This document shows, piece by piece, positions 1 through 8,473 of a stretch of 32,000 nt of DNA (within the stretch, counting starts at the first letter, position 1; each line of letters begins with the position of its first letter). Under the pieces are notes generated by a model. It searched no databases, was not told where the DNA came from, and was given only the letters and a program-made list of their open reading frames with translations. Location of the stretch: NCBI RefSeq assembly GCF_008000775.2, contig NZ_CP042905.2:1620001-1652000 (forward strand), in the 5' to 3' direction. A program made the translations under genes and the position numbers. This DNA comes from Promethearchaeum syntrophicum. Lineage in GTDB: Archaea > Asgardarchaeota > Lokiarchaeia > Sigyniarchaeales > Promethearchaeaceae.

Positions 1-2
1 TA

Positions 3-74
3 GGATTTTTACCGAAAGTATCATTTGTAGAAGGCGTCCATCGCTATTGCGAATGGTTAAAGAATAATGCATAA
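3..74 (+). CDS. 3' end of a CDS entering from the left edge; possibly the C-terminus of an SDR-type NAD-dependent sugar epimerase/dehydratase
   Basis: The frame is open from the window edge to TAA at 72-74 and translates GFLPKVSFVEGVHRYCEWLKNNA*. This resembles the ...EG(L/V)xxxxxW(Y/L)xxN tail of GalE/RfbB-like enzymes. Only 23 residues are visible, so the family call is weak. Confidence 0.3.
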   Translation, partial: GFLPKVSFVEGVHRYCEWLKNNA

Positions 75-89
75 AAAAAACTATTTTAT

Positions 90-344
90 TTATTCAGGAA
101 TTCGATATTTCTTAGTTGCTTCATCATAAATATAGATTCCATTGTGAATACCTCTTTCTATTATTTTTAATGTCTTGCTTTTATATCTTGGAATCCCTTT
201 GCTATTTAAATCCGAAGAACCGCATAATTCTTCCCCAAATCGCTCAAAAATTGCTGTATATATCTGTTCTATGTTTTTCCCAAACCCTAAAAATTCAAAT
301 AAAAAACCCTCGATCAAATTTGACCTAAGTTTGCATTCACCCAT
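90..344 (-). CDS. Small hypothetical protein (84 aa), possibly a stand-alone winged-helix domain
   Basis: ATG-initiated ORF, convergent with the edge CDS, with non-low-complexity composition. The pattern FLxFL...IYTAIFERFGEEL...PRYKSKTLKIIERGIHNGIYIYDEATKKYRI loosely resembles Mrr_N-type winged-helix modules. No strong motif. Confidence 0.4.
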   Translation of the reverse strand: MGECKLRSNLIEGFLFEFLGFGKNIEQIYTAIFERFGEELCGSSDLNSKGIPRYKSKTLKIIERGIHNGIYIYDEATKKYRIPE

Positions 345-454
345 CTCATTTAAAATTTGGATTTGGAAAATTTAAAACTTGAGTTTTTAATAGAAAATTA
401 AAAAGTTCGTAAAAATAGAGAAAAAAATAATGAATTTATTAATTCTTATCTAAG

Positions 455-1771
455 TTAATTGAATATTTCAATTCCATCTTCGGTTACAATAAAGGTTTTT
501 TCAAATTGACTGACATAAGCACCTTTTTGCTCTCTTAATTCATAATGCTTATGCAATTTGCCCGCAGTAGTTAGTTCTCGTAAAGCCATTTTTCCAGTGC
601 GAAATTCTTTCAATAATTCACGTGTGGAAAACGGAAGAGTTTTCTTTATGTTTGCGATCCACCCAATTACTTGGCGAGTTATTTTCATACGGATTGGAAC
701 ACGCTCAGAATTTAAATCATATTCATAGATATTGCAATTTGTTCCATTGTGAATATTTCCTAGCCCAGTAGATGCAAAACATTCTAACGCAAATACATCC
801 CCTTCTTCGAAAACATCTCCGCTGGAAATTCCTACACTAGGGATGGATTTAAAGCCATGTACTTGCCATTTCTCTAAAGAATGTCCGCGTAAATCTTTGA
901 TTGGATTATACCCAAAACCTCTGATTATTTTGGCAGTCGTCTTTCCCACTTCAATTGTTTTAACTCCGGGTTTAATTATAGATAATCCTTTCATAACTGC
1001 GGTTTCTACAGCAGTAACTAAATTTGCTGTGGCTGGATCTTGATTAAAGGAAACAGAAAATGCGCCATCTGCAACGTATCCCTCCACTGATACTCCAATA
1101 TCAACTTTTACCACATCTCCTTCTTTTATAACTGATTCATCATTTGGAGGGCTTGAGTAATGAGCTGCAATTTCATTGATACAAACATTCGTTGGGAATC
1201 CGATTTCCCCCCCAAGTTCTATAAGTTTACTTTCAGTTTGTTCACAAATATCAAGTAACTTTGCCCCGATCTTGACTTTTGGTTTAATAAATTTTATTAC
1301 CTGTTTATGGATTTCCCCCGCTTTTTTAAACGAATCATAACGCAATTTTTTTTCTTTTTCTTCTTCTTCTTTTTGGGTTTTTTCTTCTTCAGTTAATTCC
1401 TTTTCTGCCTTTTCTTCCTTCTCTTCTTTCTTTACTTTTTTAGTTTGATTTTTAGGTTTTTGAACCTGTTTTTTAGAAGAGGTTTTACTTACTCCTTTCT
1501 TAACTACAGCTTTTGAAGTTTTCGCTGTTGATGGCTTTTTAACTACGCTTTTTGTAGTTTTTTTAGTTGAAGTTTTTTTTGAAATTTTTTTTGTAGTTTT
1601 TTTGGAAGTTTTCTTCTTGACAGACTCTTTAATTACTTTTTTAGTTGAACTCTTTGCTGGTTTTTTAACATCTTTCTTAGAAAGCTTCTTTGTTGTCTTC
1701 TTAGTAGTCTTTTTTTTTGTAGACTTCTTTACTGCTTTACTCGATTTTTTAGGAGGAGTCATTATTTTCAT
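455..1771 (-). CDS. map: Methionine aminopeptidase, type 2 (archaeal/eukaryotic class), with a ~140 aa Lys/Ser/Thr-rich then Glu/Lys-rich N-terminal extension
   Basis: The C-terminal ~296 aa reads as a pita-bread MetAP: FKKAGEIHKQV, FPTNVCINEIAAHYSP, and the metal ligands D..D in VKVDIGVSVEGYVADG, H in LRGHSLEKW, E in FALECFAS and E in SQFEKTFIV. The type-2 helical insert is present (RMKITRQVIGWIANIKKTLPFSTRELL...LRELTTAGKLHKHYEL). I prefer the start at M44 (1771) or M47 (1762). The first 43 codons of the tracked ORF are hydrophobic junk and reach into the start of the divergent gene at 1890. Confidence 0.9.
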   Translation of the reverse strand: MKIMTPPKKSSKAVKKSTKKKTTKKTTKKLSKKDVKKPAKSSTKKVIKESVKKKTSKKTTKKISKKTSTKKTTKSVVKKPSTAKTSKAVVKKGVSKTSSKKQVQKPKNQTKKVKKEEKEEKAEKELTEEEKTQKEEEEKEKKLRYDSFKKAGEIHKQVIKFIKPKVKIGAKLLDICEQTESKLIELGGEIGFPTNVCINEIAAHYSSPPNDESVIKEGDVVKVDIGVSVEGYVADGAFSVSFNQDPATANLVTAVETAVMKGLSIIKPGVKTIEVGKTTAKIIRGFGYNPIKDLRGHSLEKWQVHGFKSIPSVGISSGDVFEEGDVFALECFASTGLGNIHNGTNCNIYEYDLNSERVPIRMKITRQVIGWIANIKKTLPFSTRELLKEFRTGKMALRELTTAGKLHKHYELREQKGAYVSQFEKTFIVTEDGIEIFN

Positions 1772-1874
1772 TATTTTTAAAGAACGATAAGATTTTAAAT
1801 TTCGCACAAAAGTAATAAACAAAATTAATAAACAGAACAATACAAAATATAAATTAATTATTAATTTTGGATAG

Positions 1875-2285
<411 letters not shown>

Positions 2286-2350
2286 TAACACATAGAAATA
2301 AAACTCTAAGGCGCACCATTTAATTTCTTCTTTGATCATTCAAATCTTTT

Positions 2351-3019
2351 TCATTCTACCTTAAAATCATTCTTTATATAGGATTTAATTACCAATAAAA
2401 TATTTTTAAAAACCTCTCCCTCTGATTCGTTTCCATCAATTAAAACATGAATTCCTTCTTCAGAAACAATGCTATTTTTTGCAATTTTCTTAAATTGTTC
2501 CCGAATCAAATTTTGAAATTCATCAACTTCAAATTTATCTAAAGATTGATTATTCGAATTGGTTGCTTGATTTCGTTTTCTTCTCAGACCAATTTTGGGA
2601 TCTATATCAATAATTATTGTTAAATCAGGAATTAAACTGAATTTGTTTAATTTTTTAATCCAATCGATTGAAACGCCCTCATTTCGTCCTTCTATTGATT
2701 GATAAATATAGGATGAGTCCCTATATCGATCTGAAATAACTATGAAACCTTTATTTAAAAGTGGTAAAATTTTTTTATTACAATGTTCAATTCTATCTGC
2801 GGCAAAAAGAAGCGCATCTACCGAAGCGGGAACTTCGGGATTTTGCAGATAATTTCTTAAAATTTTTCCTAAGTCATAATCTGAAGGTTCTGCAGTTAAA
2901 AGAGTCTTAATATCATTTGATATAAAATATTCACTTAATTTTTTTGCCTGCGTACTTTTTCCACATCCATCAATCCCATCCAACACAAGGAAAAATCCGT
3001 CCCAATCAATTTTCTTCAT
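2351..3019 (-). CDS. tmk: Thymidylate (dTMP) kinase
   Basis: P-loop LVLDGIDGCGKSTQAKKL, TAEPS, the LFAADRIEH motif and the DRY-type segment ISDRYRDSSYIYQ. The length (222 aa) is typical. Confidence 0.9.
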   Translation of the reverse strand: MKKIDWDGFFLVLDGIDGCGKSTQAKKLSEYFISNDIKTLLTAEPSDYDLGKILRNYLQNPEVPASVDALLFAADRIEHCNKKILPLLNKGFIVISDRYRDSSYIYQSIEGRNEGVSIDWIKKLNKFSLIPDLTIIIDIDPKIGLRRKRNQATNSNNQSLDKFEVDEFQNLIREQFKKIAKNSIVSEEGIHVLIDGNESEGEVFKNILLVIKSYIKNDFKVE

Positions 3020-3089
3020 AAAAATCCCAATAACCTAAATTGTAATTCTTTAAAATTAGATTTTATGTATATATTTAGACCTTAATAGC

Positions 3090-3121
3090 TTCGATTTCGG
3101 GCCAAAACACTTGAAATCGAA
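3090..3121. promoter_or_regulatory. 9-bp perfect inverted repeat (TTCGATTTC-N14-GAAATCGAA) in the 334-bp divergent intergenic region between tmk and the giant gene
   Basis: Read directly: ttcgatttc at 3090-3098 and gaaatcgaa at 3113-3121. It could be an operator or an RNA hairpin. The function is unknown. Confidence 0.3.
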
Positions 3122-3365
3122 ATTAAATTTATTCTTATTAAATCACATTTCGTTTCAAATTTTGTCGATATTTGTTGTAAATTTCACCCTATTAAAGTTC
3201 TATAAGTATTTTTCATAAATTCAGATTATATTTCTTTTTAAGGCCTTATATTTCCTTAAAAAAAATCATCATGAGCAATCCTTTTAAGTTTGAAATAAGA
3301 ATTCTTTCTTATAATAATATAATAAGAATTTCGAAATTATATTCAATTCTAAAGTGAATCATTAT

Positions 3366-6300
3366 ATGGCAAAAATTTCTCGGTCTCAACGACAAAATAT
3401 TTTCAAACTATTAATTGTAGCATCATTGATATTGGGTGGATACTCAATATACTCCTTACTTTTTACGGTTTTCGGAACTAATTACCCGATTTCAAGAGAA
3501 GGGAATAATACAAGCCAGATAAACGCGGATTTAACTGAGATTAATTGGGATTATCAAACTTACCTTGATGAACTCTTTAATTCAGATTATTTTGAAAATC
3601 TCACCGAAGGGGAACAATTAGCTTTCTTTGAGGATTTACTTGGAACTGACGCATTGGGTTTTTTAGATGATAGTGGTTTGTCGGCTGAAGAAGTTTTGAC
3701 TGAATATGGTGATGAATTAGGGGGAGTATTTGCTTCTCTAGCAGGGGGAGAGACATTCGATGGTTCCATGCTTGATTCGCTTCCTCCCGAATTAGCATTA
3801 GCAATATTAACCCGACCTATGTTTTATACTTATTTAACTAATCCTTCAGATGATTGGGATGATCGAAGTGATACTTTGTTTAAAATTGCTGCGTATGATT
3901 TTTTTAATACAACTTCTTATGATTGGGAAGTTTCTGATACGTTGGATAATTCTCAAAGTCTAGCTTTGGAAGCGGACTCAACTGATGAGAAATGGAAGAT
4001 AAAATATCCAATTATGGCAAGTTTACAAGCTTCTAGCGGTCTTCCTGCAGTATCCCCATTTCCCCGGGTATTAGAAGGTACTCCCGATTCTTATCCTTTA
4101 ACCTCCGCGGGTGTAGACTTAAAAAGTCAATTATATTTAGGTGGGATGCAAGGTGAAGCAAGTTATTCTGAACCAGATATTGGTGATTTTACCAATTTAA
4201 CATATAATTTATTGTATGATAGTAATGATTACCCAAATCCCAATTATTATAGATCTTTAGGATACACAATGGCAGAATATACAGGTGCTAATTTGGGTGT
4301 TACCGAATGTATGAAAGGACCAAATGGTGAAACAGGGTGGATTAATTATCGAAATGCAAATCCATTTTTTGCTGCAGCTGTTGCTGAATTAGAAGCTACT
4401 TCCGCTTTTATAAGTGCTGGAGATGATATTTATGACAAAACACAAGCTATTGTAGATTATGTGGGGGCAAATTTCGTTTATAATCCATTGGGAACAATGC
4501 GGCCTCCTACAGATGCGGATCCAATTGAATGGTTGAGTGAAGTACGGGAAACCGCATATCCTTTTGAGATAACATCATTAACCGTTGCTTTAGCTCGTTT
4601 GGAGGGTTTAAGTGTTCGGTATGTCTCTGGATATAAGTGGGATGATTACATCGCTATTGAATCCAATACAATTTATGCAGATCCTTCTGAAGGTTATGAT
4701 ACTGTTTATACTTATATTATGGCTAATATGTACACATATATTGAAGTTTTTATACCTACGTCAGTTTCAGCTGGAGATTGGGTGGAATTTGATAATAATT
4801 TTTCCGCAGTGCCTGATCAACCTACACAAAATGATTTAGAATATATCTTAACGTTCGATGGGTCTTTTACCCCTAATTCTGCAGGATATGATAGAGGTTC
4901 TGTAGCAACTCCCACTGAAATAAGTATTGGAGTGTCTGCAACGCTTAATGGCAATCCTCTAAATGCCATAGATGTAGAAATGAAAGATGTTTCTTATGAT
5001 ACAGTCCTTGATAGTGCATATACTGATATAAACGGATTAGTAACCTTTACTTTGTCTTTACAAAATATGGTCTCAGGACCACATATTTTAAATTTCTCCT
5101 CCTCATATATGGGTGTGTCATTTGGGAATGTTTCAGTAATAAACGTTGTTGAAGATTTTGATATATATTTAACAAGCGCGTCTCCCTCCACAGTAGATTC
5201 TTCTATTGATCCCCAAGCAATGCTTTCAATTCAAGGTTATGTTTGGGATCCAATAGTGGACGCACCCGTAAAAAATGCCCTTATTGTTCCTAAAGGAGTA
5301 GAAGAGGGAAACTTTTACCCTGTTAATGCCATAGATTTTATCCCTAGTGCTGCTAATGTTTCTAATATAAATGGGAATTTCTCATTTAATATTTCTATGA
5401 TTGGTTGGCAACAAGCTAATTATACTATCTACAGTCAATTTGAGGGTGTTTTTAATATTTCTACTGATTTAATTCTATTTGATCCTTTATACCAATTTTA
5501 CTTAATACCTTATGAAACGTCCTATCTTCATGGGGCTTATACAGATGAAGATCATACATCAAGTTTTGTTGAATTTCTCGATGCTGATTTTATTGAATAT
5601 ACTTTCACAGTAAATAATACAAGTTCCATAAATGGCGCAAATGGAAATTATCCTACTGGACCGACAATAGGATATCGGAATAATTTAACTCTTGAATTTA
5701 CTGCCACTACATTGTGGGCATCTAACTTTGCCTCAGGAGATATTTCTGTTGTTGATGAAACAGAAGGGAGGACTTTAACCAGTTTCATCACGAACTCCGG
5801 AGATGGACAAGGGTCAACAACTTATGATGTCTTTTCAGATCTGGATTCCGATTGGACAGTTGGACCCCATTTGATTGCACTTAATTGGACAAATGCTTCA
5901 CGTACCGCAATTGGACGTTTGTGGGTAGTTATTATTGGAGAAGTGGTAGTAGATCAAACTTCCGATGTATTTCTCGAAGGACGGGGTGGACCATCAAGAG
6001 ACAAATATTTCATAAATTCAAGTTCCTCTTCCGCTTATGCTGATATATTTAATATAACGGGCAATTTACGGGATGCAGGTACGAATGAACCCCTTCAAGA
6101 TTATGCTATCAATTATAGGATATTTGATAATACTTGGACTGAGATAAGTCCCTTCCTCATTCAATTAAGTTGGCTAGGTGATTTAATTCCTGACACTGGA
6201 GGATTTTTTGCAGATTTCATGTTCAGTGGCTCTACTGATGTAAATATTGGACCGATTCACACTGATTCATCTTTTACAGGAGAATGGAATCCTTGGGTAT

Positions 6301-8426
6301 ATGGTTGGGAAACTTCCTGGAATAATCTTTGGGATGCTTATTATGTTACTAATTTTGCTAATGACTCAAGCACAGGATCGTTTGAACTATCTGATCCAAC
6401 AGATTTCAATTTTACTCCTCATTTAGATAACGTAAAATTTGTAGATACTGTGCCAATTGATGATCGTCGTAAAGGAACTGGAACTGAAATCCAAATTTCC
6501 TGTGAACTCCTACACGAAAGTGTTGGTTTATCGGGAACTCAAGTGTATTTGTTGAATTCCACAACAAACACAACTATTCTAGGTCCCTTTGCTACTGATA
6601 TTAATGGATATGCAAACTTTACATTTTCCTTTACTTTATCCGATACTGAAGGAACATATTCATATAAGATATATTTAGATACAGGCGTGGGAACTTATGA
6701 AGGAACTATTGATATCTATTATGATCCCAACGCTAATTATTATCTTGAAGGACGATATAACCTAATTGCGTTTGATGTTGCGACACCGGCTGACCGAGGT
6801 GTTGGGGAATCTTTTCAACTCTCGGGTGAATTCACCGATAGTGGTGTGGGTCAATCTGGATATAACGTAGATCTTATTGATAATGGAGCTATAATAGATT
6901 CAGCTTTAACAGATAGTAATGGGTATGCTAATTTCACCGTATTGTTCGATACTAGTTTTATTGCAGGAAATCATTATTTTGAATTGAAAGTAACCTACCC
7001 TGGAGGAACTTATTCAGACACATTAACTGTTAATTTTGATCCTTATCTAAATTATACTTTTTCACCAATGTTTGATGGAACATTATTTTCAGCTATTGTC
7101 GTGCCACCGACTAGAGGAATAGATGATATTCTCAATTTCTCATGTATATTAACTTTTGAAGGATCTCCGAAAGTTGGAGAAACTGTGTATTTATATGATG
7201 TTACATCAGGAGAAACACTAATTTCCTCAGATGTTACAGATGGAAGTGGTTATGCTGAAATTTTAATTACGCTAAATGATGGTATTTTTCTTGGATCACA
7301 TGACTATGAAATACGAACTGATTTCCTTACAAACGAAACGACAGTAATTTTCGATCCAGAACTTCATTATGGTTTTACTGCTCGTTTAGATGATATTGCT
7401 TTTAGCAGTACTGCTTCCGCCGAGACTCGTATCGAAGTTTCTGGAGGATCGGTTGAAATATCATTATCCTTATTACATCTTTCAACAGGTCAGAGTGGAG
7501 CAACAGTCACTCTCACTGATATGAGTAACGGCACAATTATTGATACGGGAGTTACAGATGGAAGTGGATACTATAATTTCACTGTTAATTATGGTGTTGG
7601 AGTAAATCCTGGACCGCATTATTATCACATTTCATTAACTTATAATGGTGGATATTTCACATTAACCGGTAGTAATTATGAAGATTATATATGGGTTATT
7701 TATAATAATCCTACACTCGGGTGTTCAAATATAAGACCTGATTGGAATGAAGTATTAGGAATCGGTGATACAATTCAAACGATTACAGTAACAGGAACAC
7801 TTCTTGATGAAAATTCATTGGGTTATAATTACGCTGAATTAACTTACTGGATAAAACAAGGTGCTTCGGTTATCGATCCTACTGGAATTTTCTTTGTTGA
7901 CCTATCATGGGATACTAATTCCCAAGTTGGATCTTTTACTGCCTTAATTTCATTAATTGGCACGATTGAACCTGATATCGGAAATTATTCAATTATTATT
8001 GGTTTTGATGGTACTTTGGATTTTACCGATCCTGGATTGATTTATAATGCAGCAATATTAGCTGATAATGCTACAGAATTACAGTTTACCATCTTTGATA
8101 AACCATATTTAACTACATCGTATGAGTATGATACTGAAGGATTTGGTTTTATCATAGGAGGAACAAATCTAAACATCTCTGGGACTCTATATTACTCAAA
8201 TGGTACTGCTATTGCCATTGCTGGACAAACGATAACTATTGAATTTTATGATGAAAATGATCAATTAGTTAACTCAACCACCGTAGTAACTGATATATTT
8301 GGAAATTATGTACTAAATGATTACCTAATGGATTGGGATGCTACATATTTTACCGTTTCCTATGATGGAAATGATTCAGAAAGTCTTGATGCTGCAAATA
8401 CAAAAACGGAACCCCTTATAGAATAA
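3366..8426 (+). CDS. Giant N-terminally membrane-anchored surface protein: acidic linker, transglutaminase-like core with a degenerate catalytic triad, then many beta-sandwich (Big/CarboxypepD_reg-like) repeats
   Basis: Uninterrupted ORF of about 1686-1690 aa (GTG 3354 or ATG 3366). There is a single N-terminal TM (IFKLLIVASLILGGYSIYSLLFTVF). TGase-core signatures are KTQAIVDYVGANFVYNP, LTVALARLEGLSVRYVSGY and YTYIEVFIP...GDWVEFDNN. Repeats carry TDxNG(Y/L)(A/V)NFT motifs. I count roughly 40 N-x-S/T sequons by eye. Confidence 0.8.
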   Translation: MAKISRSQRQNIFKLLIVASLILGGYSIYSLLFTVFGTNYPISREGNNTSQINADLTEINWDYQTYLDELFNSDYFENLTEGEQLAFFEDLLGTDALGFLDDSGLSAEEVLTEYGDELGGVFASLAGGETFDGSMLDSLPPELALAILTRPMFYTYLTNPSDDWDDRSDTLFKIAAYDFFNTTSYDWEVSDTLDNSQSLALEADSTDEKWKIKYPIMASLQASSGLPAVSPFPRVLEGTPDSYPLTSAGVDLKSQLYLGGMQGEASYSEPDIGDFTNLTYNLLYDSNDYPNPNYYRSLGYTMAEYTGANLGVTECMKGPNGETGWINYRNANPFFAAAVAELEATSAFISAGDDIYDKTQAIVDYVGANFVYNPLGTMRPPTDADPIEWLSEVRETAYPFEITSLTVALARLEGLSVRYVSGYKWDDYIAIESNTIYADPSEGYDTVYTYIMANMYTYIEVFIPTSVSAGDWVEFDNNFSAVPDQPTQNDLEYILTFDGSFTPNSAGYDRGSVATPTEISIGVSATLNGNPLNAIDVEMKDVSYDTVLDSAYTDINGLVTFTLSLQNMVSGPHILNFSSSYMGVSFGNVSVINVVEDFDIYLTSASPSTVDSSIDPQAMLSIQGYVWDPIVDAPVKNALIVPKGVEEGNFYPVNAIDFIPSAANVSNINGNFSFNISMIGWQQANYTIYSQFEGVFNISTDLILFDPLYQFYLIPYETSYLHGAYTDEDHTSSFVEFLDADFIEYTFTVNNTSSINGANGNYPTGPTIGYRNNLTLEFTATTLWASNFASGDISVVDETEGRTLTSFITNSGDGQGSTTYDVFSDLDSDWTVGPHLIALNWTNASRTAIGRLWVVIIGEVVVDQTSDVFLEGRGGPSRDKYFINSSSSSAYADIFNITGNLRDAGTNEPLQDYAINYRIFDNTWTEISPFLIQLSWLGDLIPDTGGFFADFMFSGSTDVNIGPIHTDSSFTGEWNPWVYGWETSWNNLWDAYYVTNFANDSSTGSFELSDPTDFNFTPHLDNVKFVDTVPIDDRRKGTGTEIQISCELLHESVGLSGTQVYLLNSTTNTTILGPFATDINGYANFTFSFTLSDTEGTYSYKIYLDTGVGTYEGTIDIYYDPNANYYLEGRYNLIAFDVATPADRGVGESFQLSGEFTDSGVGQSGYNVDLIDNGAIIDSALTDSNGYANFTVLFDTSFIAGNHYFELKVTYPGGTYSDTLTVNFDPYLNYTFSPMFDGTLFSAIVVPPTRGIDDILNFSCILTFEGSPKVGETVYLYDVTSGETLISSDVTDGSGYAEILITLNDGIFLGSHDYEIRTDFLTNETTVIFDPELHYGFTARLDDIAFSSTASAETRIEVSGGSVEISLSLLHLSTGQSGATVTLTDMSNGTIIDTGVTDGSGYYNFTVNYGVGVNPGPHYYHISLTYNGGYFTLTGSNYEDYIWVIYNNPTLGCSNIRPDWNEVLGIGDTIQTITVTGTLLDENSLGYNYAELTYWIKQGASVIDPTGIFFVDLSWDTNSQVGSFTALISLIGTIEPDIGNYSIIIGFDGTLDFTDPGLIYNAAILADNATELQFTIFDKPYLTTSYEYDTEGFGFIIGGTNLNISGTLYYSNGTAIAIAGQTITIEFYDENDQLVNSTTVVTDIFGNYVLNDYLMDWDATYFTVSYDGNDSESLDAANTKTEPLIE
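6394..7700 (+). repeat. Four tandem ~105-aa (~315-325 nt) protein-level repeat modules inside the giant gene
   Basis: Module boundaries recur: DPTDFNFTPHLDN (~6394), YDPNANYYLEGRYN (~6720), FDPYLNYTFSPMFD (~7035), FDPELHYGFTARLD (~7351). Each module contains G(L/Q)SG..V.L.D...G..I.....TD.(N/S)GYANFT and ends in a ...G.H(Y/D)(Y/F)E/H(L/I)... strand. More diverged copies occur at ~4940-5100 and ~8200-8330. Confidence 0.7.
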
Positions 8427-8473
8427 CGGGCCCAAAATACAATATCTTATATGAAAATGGAGGAAAATAACTA

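Noticed and set aside
3587-5191. Several 60-75 aa ORFs (both strands) inside the giant gene, with similar small ORFs inside the 8474-13294 genes
   Set aside because: All are nested within long, motif-bearing ORFs. They are typical shadow ORFs.
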